Shown here in pieces: positions 1 through 9,284 of a DNA stretch of 20,000 bases. Source of the DNA: Chiloscyllium plagiosum (taxonomy: Eukaryota). Each line of letters begins with the position of its first letter. Position 1 is the stretch's first letter. The translations under genes were made by a program, and so were the position numbers. The stretch covers positions 19,037,651 to 19,057,650 of the forward strand of contig NC_057750.1 in assembly GCF_004010195.1 (NCBI RefSeq), in the 5' to 3' direction. The notes beneath the pieces are model-generated. The model saw only the letters and a list, made by a program, of their open reading frames with translations. It was not told the DNA's origin and searched no databases.

Positions 1-229
1 ATTACTGGATTAGTGCGGCACAAGAGTTATTCTCAATATAGTGAAATTGCAAAGTAGACACTGATCACTTAATTTTATAGAACTTTATTTTATCTCATCT
101 TTCATCATTCCAGAGGTCAGCCCATGATGGATATTAGTCAGTTGACATTCATGGTCGGGCAAATGGTTGAGCCAGTAAATTGGGATAGAGACTACAAAGG
201 AACATGGAAAATAGGCAGATGTGAATAGA

Positions 230-931
230 TTGGAAATTCAGGGGGTGAAAGCAGTCTTCCATGATATAAAGTGAGGTTGGAGAGTGGTCTAAAGTAGCAT
301 GACAGAGAAAGTCTTGATTCTGGAAATACAGTTCATCTTTGGTCATGATATAGCAGAGTGATGCTTACTGTAGTTGAAAAGCCAGTGGAAAATCAGACAA
401 CTGAGCTGTTACAGAAAGTATGTCCTGGTGTTTTTCCTGACTGTATAGTTACAAAGCCATAGTTTGCAACAGGAGGAGGAATCAAAGAGGAAAGGTAAGG
501 AAGTTAAAGTTCAATTATCAGAAAGTATCTTTGATCAAATGATTGAGACAAAACAAGAACAGGTGGAGGACAAAGATATGTTTAGTTCAGCAAAGCTAGC
601 TGAATTACAACAGAAAGTGAAAAACTAAAGCAGTTGCATCAAAAAGCGTACATTGAAGAAGAATCTGAGTGTATCCCAAAATGTTACTGCATTAAAACTG
701 ACATCATGATGATGGAATGGAGACCATCACATATTCAGGCAGGTAAGAAAAGGGCAGAAGATCATCAAGTTGTATTATTGATGGGTTGCAGAAAGGAGGT
801 GTTGTGGGTAGCACATGTATTGCCAGTAGAAGGTCATTTGGGAGTAAGAAAAAATCAAGGCAAAATACAAAAATATCTTTTTTTGGCCTGGAATGCATAG
901 AGATATGGTTGAAGTTTGCTGAATATATCAT
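230..931 (+). mobile_element. Decayed Gypsy (Gmr1-like) pol, part 1: protease C-terminal region, linker and integrase Zn-binding (HHCC) domain
   Basis: Fragments translate as YKVRLESG, IQFIFGHDIA and CPGVFPDCIVT, then CRKEVLWVAHVLPVEGHLGVRK...WPGMHRDMVEVC*IYH, the integrase H2C2 region. Stops and frameshifts are present. The start coordinate is approximate. Confidence 0.85.
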
Positions 932-959
932 ACACACTGGTGGCGACAGCATTGGCGGT

Positions 960-1112
960 CAGTCGGCCCAGCGTGGACTTGTAGGCGGTTGGCGAATATA
1001 CCCAGTGTGGACTCATTGGGGCTGGTGGGTAGTCCCAGCGAGAACTCATGACAGTTGGAGAGTGGGCCCAGCGAGAACTCATGACAGTTGGAGAGTAGGT
1101 CCAACGTGGATT
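960..1112 (+). repeat. Short tandem array of ~33-bp units
   Basis: CCCAGCGAGAACTCATGACAGTTGGAGAGT occurs twice in tandem, with degenerate CCCAGYGTGGACT units on either side. Confidence 0.8.
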
Positions 1113-1334
1113 TGTGTCAGTAGACATCTCTGCAAGATGGAGGCAGAGTAGGTTCAACTCTGTCCACACTTCTTCCTTTTCGTTTTCTTCTTTACTCATT
1201 CACTTTTTCTTTTTCTAGTTTTACTAATTTTTTTAGTTTTCTTTCTATTAACTTCTGGAGAATGGCAGTTGGCTAGATGTGCAGTGCGAGGCAGTGACTG
1301 ACGGCCTGACCCGGGACTCTTGGTGAGTTCCCGA

Positions 1335-2178
1335 TGCCTGGTGCGCAGACTGAAGGTGAGATCAAGGATTGGCACATGGACCAAAGGCAACGCTGAGGCC
1401 CAGCGCATGTGCTGAAGATGAGGTTCCTAGCACAAAGACCAAAAATGAGGCTGAGGCCCAGCGCACAGACCAAAGTTGAGGCTGAAGCCCAAGGCACAGA
1501 CCGAAGGTGAGGCGGAGGCCCAATGTACAGACCAAACGTGAGGCGGAGGCCCAATGTACAGACCAAACGTGAGGCGGAGGCCCAACGTACAGACCGAACC
1601 TGAGGCGGAGGTCCAACATACAGACCAAACGTTAGGCAGAGGCCCATCATACAGACCAAATGTGAGGCGGAGACCCAATGTACAGACCGAATGTGAGCCT
1701 GAAGCCCAGCGTGGACTGAAGGTGAAGCTGAGGCCCAGTGCAGACTGAAAGCAAGGCCAAGGCCCAGTACATGGACTAATAGCAAGGCTAAGGCCCAGCG
1801 AATGCACCTAAGGTGAGGCCAAAGTCCAGCACATGGACAGAAGGTGAGGCCAAGGCCCAGAAAATGCACCGAAGATCAGGCCCAGCACCAGCGCATGGAC
1901 CAAAAGTGAGGCCCAGCCCCAGCACATGGACTGAACATGAGACCCAGTCCCAGTGAAAAGACCAAAGATGAGGCTGAGGCCCAGAGCCTGGACTGAAGGC
2001 CAGACCCAGCCCCAACATGGTCCGAAGACGTGGCCGAATCCCAGTGTAGACCGAAGGTCAGGCCCAGCCCCAGCATGAACCGAAGGTGATGCCGAGCCCC
2101 AGTGCATGGACCGAAGGTCAGACCCAGCCCCAGAACACAGATTGAAGGCAATGCCGAGGCCGAGGCACGGCATGGACT
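1335..2178 (+). repeat. GC-rich minisatellite with a 31-bp unit (about 27 copies)
   Basis: The unit GACCAAACGTGAGGCGGAGGCCCAATGTACA has a 31-bp period (e.g. 1530, 1561). Variants drift along the array. Confidence 0.95.
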
Positions 2179-2551
2179 GCGCCTCGATTGGAGTTGTGGC
2201 GTTCCGCTATGTGGCAGCGGCTGAAGGCTTGGATCGGACTGTCTGAGATTCCAGGAGGAGTCCAACACGACGTTGGCAAGTCCCCCACATATCTGCAGCA
2301 ACATTGAGAGTGGGGAGATTATGTCAGCATGGGGAAAGTATACCAAAGCAGAGGAGATCGAGTAGGATGTGAGGTCCCACAATAGCTAAGCACTTAAGAA
2401 AGACTTGATACTGAGAAGGACAGTAATGTTTAAGGTTTTGTGCCTATATACCTAAGATGGGACTGTGTGTGGTGACATTGAAAACTTTTCTCTGTAACCC
2501 TGTACTTTTGTACATAAGTACATGTGACAATAAAGACTAAATCAAATCAAA

Positions 2552-4320
2552 ACTTGTCAGGTAATTGGAAAAGCCAAGGTAGTGATAAAACTAGCACCCA
2601 TTCCTGCTTTTGAGAAACCTTTTACAAGAGACTTAATTAATTACATAGGGCCCCTACCTAAATAGAAAACTGGGAATCAGTATTGGTTGACCATAATAGA
2701 TGTGTCTACCATGTTTCCAGAGGTTATTCCATTATGCAGTATCACAGCTTAAAGGATTATAGAAGAGTTACTCAATTTTTTTACCAGATATGGACAACCC
2801 ACAGAAATACAATTGGATTAAGGTTCAAATTTTACATCAAAGTTATGCAAGGAATTTATGGATAGTTTAGGAATAAAACAATTCAAATCCACAGTGTACC
2901 ACTCAGAATCTCTGTGAGCATTGGAACAATGGTGCCAAACTTTAAATATCATGTTAAAGACTTATTGTCAAGACTATCCAGAGGATTTGGATAAAGGAAT
3001 TCCATTTGTACTTTTTGCAATTATGGATGTACCAAATGAACCACCAAATTCAGCCCATTTGAATTAGTTTTTTAGGCATGAGATGAGAGGATCATTGAAA
3101 TTACTTCAGGAAAAATTGATGAGTCAGTGTTCAGAGACCACATATTTGGACTATGTGTCAAATTTTAGGGAAAGATTAAATACAGTGGATGAGTTGGCTA
3201 GACAGAATTTAAAAGTATCACAGCATGTGACATAACAGGAAACAGATAGCACATCAAAATTTCACAATTTTTCTTGTGGGGATAACGTTATTTCAAGTGG
3301 CATGTGCACCTTTAAAAGCAAGATTTATTGGACCATATCAAATTGAAAAGAAATTGATAGAGGTGAATTATTTGATAAGAAGACCAAACAAAAACAACTC
3401 TCACAGTGATTGTCATGTAAACATCCTCCAAAGGTATTTTGATAGAGAAGGAAAGCAAAAGGAGAATATGTTACAAGTTACAACACAGCACAAAAAGCCA
3501 GGGTCAGATGCTTCTGAATTGGGCATTCCTCAAATTAAATTGAACAATGAGGAAGTTCTCAAAAATTGGGATAAACTATTGAATTATCTTCCAGAGGAAA
3601 ATCAAAATGGCCTAAAATAGTTACTACAATCACTTGGGGAGCTATGTTAAGGGTAAGCTGAGAACTTCTACTCTGATTTCACAAGATGTCGGTGTAGGAA
3701 ATACTGTTCTAGTTATGCAACCTCCTTATAGACATAATCCTCTGAAATTGGCACAGGTTCAGAAAGAGATCAAAAGCATGCTCAGAGATGAGATCAACAA
3801 AGTGGCTTGTAGAAACTGGAGCTCACCCATAGTAATGGTGCCAAAACCAAATGTTAGCCAATGTGTGGACTGTCACATCGTCAATGCAGTTACAAAATCT
3901 GACTCAAATCTTATTCCATGTGTGGAAAACTGCATTGAGAGGACAAGCAACTTATATTCCTCAGTTAGACTTACTCAGAGGATTCTGGCAGGTACCTTTA
4001 TCTGAAAGAGCTAAGGAAATTTCAGGTTTTGTGACACTGAATGGACTCTACCAATTTAAAGTCATGCCATTTGGCATGAAAAATGTCCCAGCCAATTTCA
4101 AAGACTCATGAATGAATTCATTTTCAGATTATCCAGTTGTGTGGTGTATATAGATAATCTGGTGATTTTTACTCACATGGAAGAAACATTTGGAGCATCT
4201 ATCAGAATTATTCAATCGACTTCAGGAGGCGGGCTGGTGATAAACCTGGCTAACAGTGAGTTCGCAAAAGCCCAAGTCACACTCCTGGGCTGAGTGATTG
4301 GGTGTGGACAGATGTGAAAA
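2552..4320 (+). mobile_element. Decayed Gypsy pol, part 2: integrase core and GPY/F motif, followed by reverse transcriptase (RNase H not seen)
   Basis: Integrase core: TCQVIGK..PFTRDLINYIGPLPK..GNQYWLTIIDVSTMFPE..FFTRYGQPTEIQLD*GSNFTS. C-terminal motif: KARFIGPYQI. RT: QPPYRHNP, WSSPIVMVPKP, LDLLRGFWQVPL, LYQFKVMPFGMKN, CVVYIDNL (YxDD-derived). Confidence 0.95.
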
Positions 4321-4393
4321 AAGGGGTGCAGTATTGAGTGCTTGCATACTCAAATTAATGTCTATATGTTGTAGTGTACTAACAGTAAATTCA

Positions 4394-4635
4394 TGGAATC
4401 ATAGAATCCCTACAGTGTGGAAGCAGTAATTCTGCCCATCGACTCCTTACCAATCCTCTGAAGAGCATCCTACCCAATCCTACATTCCTACTGTATCCCC
4501 ATAACACCATATTTCCCATGTCTAATCTACCTAGCCAGCACATCCCTGGATATTATGCGTAATTTAACATGGCCACTCCACCAAACCTGAACATCTTTGG
4601 ACTACCGGGGCAAACAGGAGCACCCAGAAGAAGCC
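4394..4635 (-). mobile_element. HE1-like SINE, 5'-truncated, in the Gypsy 3' UTR
   Basis: Homologous to 11268-11603, with the ATCATAGAATCCCTACAGTGTGGAA tail. It lacks the tRNA head. Confidence 0.85.
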
Positions 4636-4669
4636 ATCTTTGTATATTGATATTTTGTTTTTTTCTTTT

Positions 4670-4680
4670 AAGGGAGGAAG
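4670..4680 (+). other. Polypurine tract (PPT)
   Basis: AAGGGAGGAAG follows a T-run and directly abuts the LTR start TGTTAC at 4681. Confidence 0.85.
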
Positions 4681-5768
4681 TGTTACAAGATGTGCCTTTA
4701 AGAAAATTTTGTGCTGTCAAAAGTGTTCTAAACTCGGAGATGGGCTGTCTGCTCTGAGTCCAGCCAGCTTTGCCTTTTCTTTTAAGTTGGAACAATAGAA
4801 ACAGCATGAAGGGTCAAGCTCCCACAGAACCAGGATTTTAGTTCGAGCTTTAAGTAGTTGCTGGGGTCTTGAAGCTTGGGTGGGAAGGTATTGTTCTTCT
4901 CTCTATTACAGATAAAAGCTGCGTTTCTCTTCCTACTGTTAGATTTGCATGTGGAACAATCTATTTTTCTGAATTTGCCTTTGGTGTGTGTTTATGGGAT
5001 ATTATTATTTTGGAACACTTACTGTTTGTTGCTGAGATAACTGGACAAAGGCAGGTATCCTGTCACCAAGTCACCCTTTATTTACTTGTGCACAGTACAC
5101 TGGGTATGACCAGCCAGCTCAGAGTCAGTCTCCTGAAGTGAGGAGATTCTAAATCCCCTGGGTATTTTTTATCCAAGTGGCCAGTGCAGTGCATTCACCC
5201 AGTAATGTTTTTATAAACTCTAAATCTCCTGGGTTTTCTTTTTTTTTATTTTACTCCCCACACTACTGCCGAACTGCAGTAGTGTTTATGTTTTCCCCAG
5301 CACCCACGTTGTGTGTGTACAGGTGTGAGACTCAGTGAAAGACAATAGGTGTACAAGTCTTTATTCAATTTCCACCACCAGGAAGAAAGGAAACAGCCAA
5401 GTGGCAAATGATAAGCAGTGCCTTTCTCAGAGATATCCCTGTTTATTTTCTTTTCTTTTCTCTTTTTCTTTTTTTTCTTTCTGTTCCCTCAGAGCCAGCT
5501 CTCAGAGTGAACAGGATGTCTGACAATCTTGTTTTTTTGTTTCTTTCTCTCCCCACACTACCACCTAACTGCGATAGTGCTTATTTTCTCCCCGCACCCA
5601 TATTATGTGTGTGCAGGTGTGAGACTCAGTGAAAAACACAAGGTGCATGAATCTTTATTCAGTTTCCAAGATCCCCTTTTTATTATTTTTAATTATGCAA
5701 TTCACATAACTGAATTGAAAATCTCTTCCTTCTGATAACTGCCAGAAACTCAGACCAAAGTTTGAGTG

Positions 5769-5899
5769 TGAAATCACTCCACAGAGGCTGGTATCCCATC
5801 ACCAAGTCACCCTTTATTTACAGGTGGAGAGTCCTTGACACTGATCCAGCTTCCTCAGAGGCATCTCTCAGAGAAGACAGGATGTCTGACACTTCTGTG
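5769..5899 (-). mobile_element. Second LTR-B 3' half (different variant); a shorter piece of the same variant lies at 5481-5531
   Basis: GGTATCCCATCACCAAGTCACCCTTTATTTAC matches 5054-5085. CTCTCAGAG...ACAGGATGTCTGACA is shared with 5481-5531. Confidence 0.8.
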
Positions 5900-5913
5900 T
5901 TTTTTTTCTTTTT

Positions 5914-6564
5914 CAGAAGGCTAATAGCATGCTTGCCTTCATAACAAGAGGGATTGAGTATAGAAGCAAAGAGGTTCTTCTGCAGCTGTACAGGGCCCTG
6001 GTGAGACCACACCTGGAGTACTGTGTGCAGTTCTGGTCTCCAAATTTGAGGAAAGACATTCTGGCTATTGAGGGAGTGCAGCGTAGGTTCACGAGGTCAA
6101 TTCCTGGAAGGGCAGGATTACCTTACACTGAAAGACTGGAGTGACTGGGTTTGTATACCCTTGAGTTTAGAAGACTGAGAGGGGATCTGATTGAGACATA
6201 TAAGATTATTAAAGGATTGGACACTCCGGAGGCAGGAAACATGTTTCCGCTGTTGGGTGAGTGCCGAACCAGAGGACACAGCTTAAAAATACAGGGTAGA
6301 CGATTTGGGACAGAGATGAGGAGAAACTTTTTCACCCAGAGAGTGGTGGCTGCATGGAATGCTCTGCCCCAGAGGGCAGCAGAGACCCATTCTCTGGATT
6401 CATTTAAGAAAGAGTTGGATAGAGCTCTCAAGGATTGTGGAATCAAGGGTTATGGAGATAAGGCAGGAGCAGGATACTGATTAAGGATGATCAGCCATGA
6501 TCATATTGAATGGTGGTGCAGGCTTGATAGGCAGAATAGCCTACTCCTGCATCTATTGTCTATT
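5914..6564 (+). mobile_element. CR1 LINE 3' end (ORF2 C-terminus and 3' UTR), relatively well preserved
   Basis: MLAFITRGIEYRSKEVLLQLYRALVRPHLEYCVQFWSP...RRLRGDLIETYKI...RTRGHSLK...FFTQRVV. One in-frame stop at 6142-6144. Tail CCTACTCCTGCATCTATTGTCTATT. Confidence 0.95.
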
Positions 6565-7827
6565 CCTGTGTTTTTTTTCCATACCCCACACTACTGCCTA
6601 ATTGTGGTAGTGATTATTTTTTCCCCTGCACCCATGTGTGTGTGTGCAGGTGTGAGACACAGTGGAAAACACAAGGTGCACGAATCTTTATTCAATTTCC
6701 ACGATCCCTGTTTAAATAAAGGAAAATAATAATAAAAAAATAAACAGGGATTGTGGAAATTGAATAAAGATTCGTGCACCTTGTGTTTTTCACTGTGTCT
6801 CACACCTGCACAGACATACAAATTGGGTGCAGGGGAAAAAATAAAAAAAAAGAATAAATAAATAAATAAAGGAAAATAATAATAAAAAAATATTTATTTT
6901 TTTTTTTAAACCCCCACAACACTATTCCCTACCTGCGGTAGTGCTTATTCTTCCCCCTGCACCCAACTTGTGTGCGTGTGCAGGTGTGAGACACAGTGAA
7001 AAATACAAGGTGCACGAATCTTTATTCAATTTCCACAATCCCTGTTTATTTTTTTATTATTATTTTCCTTTATTTAAACAGGGATCGTGGAAATTGAATA
7101 AAGATTCGTGCACCTTGTGTTTTCCACTGTGTCTCACACCTGCACACGCACACAAATTGGGTGCAGGGGGAAAAATAAGCACTACCGCAGGTAGGGAATA
7201 GTGTTGTGGGGGTTTATAAAAAAAGAATAAATATTTTTTTATTATTATTTTCCTTTATTTATTTATTTATTCTTTTTTTTTTATTTTTTCCCCTGCACCC
7301 AATTTGTATGTCTGTGCAGGTGTGAGACACAGTGAAAAACACAAGGTGCACGAATCTTTATTCAATTTCCACGATCCTCTTTTTAAAATTTTTTTCCTTT
7401 TCCTTTTTTCTTTTTTCTTTTTTTAAACCCCCACAACACTACTGCCCACCTGCTGTAGTGCTTATTTTTTCCCCGCACCCATGTTGTGTGTGTGCATTTG
7501 TGAGACACAAGATGTATGAATCTTTATACAATTTCCATGATCCCCTGTTTATATTGTCAGCCAGGGCTTTCCTGATTGGTTCAGGTTGACAACCCCAGTC
7601 AAGGATCTTATAGTCAACAAGATCCACCTGGTTCTAATCATTCCAGCAGTTAAATAATCTATTATTGTTTTGTTTGTATTTAACTATAGTGTAAAAGTGA
7701 GTAGTTGGATCAATCAAATTGCATCCAGAATGCATGTCTTACATTTGCCTTTAAATGTAAGAAAATGCTGGAGTCTTGGTTATCATCTTAATATATTTTG
7801 AGGGGTTTGATCTGGTCCATAACTAAC

Positions 7828-7846
7828 TGGGGGCTCTTGTCGGGAT
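7828..7846 (+). other. Primer binding site, tRNA-Pro type
   Basis: TGGGGGCTCTTGTCGGGAT compared with the canonical tRNA-Pro PBS TGGGGGCTCGTCCGGGAT; 3 nt after the LTR end. Confidence 0.85.
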
Positions 7847-7966
7847 CCAAATCTCTTATTCCATGTTCAGGATTATTAGCATCAAAGAGAGTGAGTGATA
7901 TGTGTTGGTGTTCTCTTTTCATATCTTGCATTCTCTTGGTTTAAATAGGCTGTGCCTTGTATAGTA

Positions 7967-8188
7967 ATGGCGCTTTCAGTCACTAAAGGTTTTCTGGGGG
8001 GCGGAACAAGTCACTTCGGGGGTTTGACAGAGAGCGAGCAAAGCAAAATGTTTGAAATTAGCGGAGAAGCTGAAGTTAGGGTTGCCTTTGTGTGAAAAAG
8101 GGAGGTAAGTGCAGCAATAGCTTGATATGTACGATTGCCAGAAATGCCACCTGAATCTTTGGAAATTCTGAAAATTCAATTGCAATTT
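7967..8188 (+). pseudogene. Gypsy gag N-terminus remnant
   Basis: ATG at 7967 downstream of the PBS: MALSVTKGFLG.., frameshifted QRASKAKCLKLAEKLKLGLPL, then EMPPESLEILKIQLQ. The sequence then switches abruptly to LTR. Confidence 0.65.
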
Positions 8189-8319
8189 ACGATTCTGTAA
8201 GTTTTCCAATAGAGGCGTGTTTCCAATTCTTTTCGTGTTCTTTGTTGTGTTTGTATTATAACTATGGTGTAAAAATAAAGTGTGCATTGCTTCAAACCTG
8301 GTAGTTTGTCCAATTGAAT

Positions 8320-9156
8320 TGTTATGGACTGGACCAAATTCCATCAGAATCTACAAGAAGATAGCCTAGAGCCTAAGTTTTTCTTATTTTAAAGGTAAGT
8401 GTAAGATGTTCCAGATGAAATTAAATTGACCAAACTACTCCACATTAAGCAAAACATACTTTCTTCACACACTATGGGTAAAATACAACAAAAGAAAAAG
8501 TAAAGAAAATAATTGACTTAACTGTAACAATATCAAAATGCTTAATAAATTGCTGCAGTACTAATTAACTGTTCCAATATAATACATGCCTCAATCACAC
8601 CCTTGGCAAAGGCAAATTCAGAAAAACAGTTTGTTTCACATGCACAAACGAAAACAGAAATTGCTGGGAAAGCTTAAAAGTTGGCATTTCAACTCAAGTG
8701 TAATCCTTCATGGATTCCAACTCAAATTTCATCTTTTGTGCTTTGAATCCACCCAGGATCATCAATGAGCTTTCCCAGCAATTTCCATTTTTGTTTTTGA
8801 TTTACAGCATCTGCAGTTCTTTCAGTTTTTATTTAGCATTTGTCTCACATGCAACTCCAGCAGCAAGAAAACATGGAGAGAAAACTCTGAGAGAGTGTAG
8901 CAGGGTGAGATGTACTACAGGTTCCAAATCCCAGCAACAACTGCTGCTATTGAAAATCTAAAAAAATAATAAAAATCCTGGTTCTGTGGGAGCCAGCCAA
9001 ACCCATTCAGGCTGCTTTTATTATTTCAACTTTAAAAACAAACCACAAGGCCCTATTTTACAAGCTTCATTAAACAGCTAGGCACTTTTGCCTTAAAACC
9101 TCTCTTCAAAAAAAGCCAAGTCAAAATACATCCCTTAAAGACATAGTATCATCACA
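8320..9156 (-). mobile_element. Inverted solo LTR-A with a 4-bp TSD
   Basis: TG...CA termini, with GAAT at 8316-8319 and 9157-9160. Homologous to 4681-5032 and 7646-7824. Confidence 0.9.
8645..8838. mobile_element. Short hairpin-forming insertion, possibly derived from a Penelope terminal repeat, with a 15-bp TSD
   Basis: Flanked by TTTGTTTCACATGCA (8630-8644) and TTTGTCTCACATGCA (8839-8853). Internal inverted repeat GAAATTGCTGGGAAAGCT / AGCTTTCCCAGCAATTTC. Confidence 0.7.
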
Positions 9157-9284
9157 GAATTACATCCAGAACACAATGCCTTACACTTTCCTTTAAAAAA
9201 TAAGAAAAAGCTGGTGCCTAGGCTGTCTTCTTAATTTATTTTGAGGAGATTTGGTCTGGTTCACAATACATGACTTGACTATTT

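Larger units (their letters stand above)
932..2551 (+). mobile_element. Non-coding composite retroposon (VNTR body, LINE-like 3' tail) inserted in the integrase
   Basis: Removing 932-2551 rejoins ...TAT CAT | ACT TGT CAG (Y-H-T-C-Q) in frame. It contains CAAGATGG (1133-1140), a pyrimidine tract (~1168-1250), a VNTR, AATAAA (2529-2534) and an (AAATC)n tail. Confidence 0.8.
5235..7545. repeat. Cluster of about 8 copies of a 130-200 bp poly(A)-tailed retroposon 3' end (repeat C, probably a Tx1/L1-clade 3' UTR)
   Basis: Copies at ~5235-5435(-), 5532-5670(-), 6571-6710(-), 6747-6890(+), 6891-7045(-), 7080-7230(+), 7231-7377(-) and 7378-7545(-). They share the core GCAGGTGTGAGACACAGTGAAAAACACAAGGTGCACGAATCTTTATTCAATTTCCAC and have A/T tails. 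The Tx1 assignment is inferred. Confidence 0.85.
5033..7645 (-). mobile_element. Short (~230 bp) solo LTR-B, split at its TATA box (halves 5033-5163 and ~7540-7645)
   Basis: Minus strand reads TG..., CCAAT (7575-7579), TATAAA (7548-7553), AATAAA (5077-5082), ...CA. No clean TSD was found. Confidence 0.7.
4681..7824 (+). mobile_element. Gypsy LTR (LTR-A), split into 4681-5032 and 7646-7824 by nested insertions
   Basis: Starts TGTTAC after the PPT and ends CATAACT before the PBS. Both halves match the reverse complement of 8320-9156 (e.g. CTCCCACAGAACCAGGATTTT, TTTTTCTGAATTTGCCTTTG). Confidence 0.85.
8189..9268 (+). mobile_element. 3' part of another LTR-A copy (8189-8319 plus 9157-9268)
   Basis: Aligns by eye with 7646-7824 (TTTGTATT..AACTAT.GTGTAAAA; ATT.CATCCAGAA; TATTTTGAGG.G.TTTG.TCTGGT). 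Confidence 0.8.

Noticed and set aside
1..229. Possible CR1 remnant or upstream Gypsy sequence
   Set aside because: Similarity is too weak to assign by eye.
1335..2178. CRISPR-like periodicity
   Set aside because: Contiguous tandem units with no unique spacers, no cas genes, and a vertebrate context.
1273..2382. Multiple long minus-strand ORFs
   Set aside because: Translation artefacts of the 31-bp VNTR; the same peptides recur in shifted frames.
6640..7377. DIRS/MITE inverted terminal repeats
   Set aside because: The inverted units are the same poly(A)-tailed repeat found in direct orientation nearby; there is no recombinase or transposase and no TIR-bounded TSD.
5028..7650. TSD for LTR-B
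   Set aside because: The flanks GTTGC and GCAGT share only GC, which is not convincing.
7828..7846. Endogenous gammaretrovirus, suggested by the tRNA-Pro PBS
   Set aside because: The linked pol is Gypsy-type with IN before RT, and no env or retroviral gag is seen.
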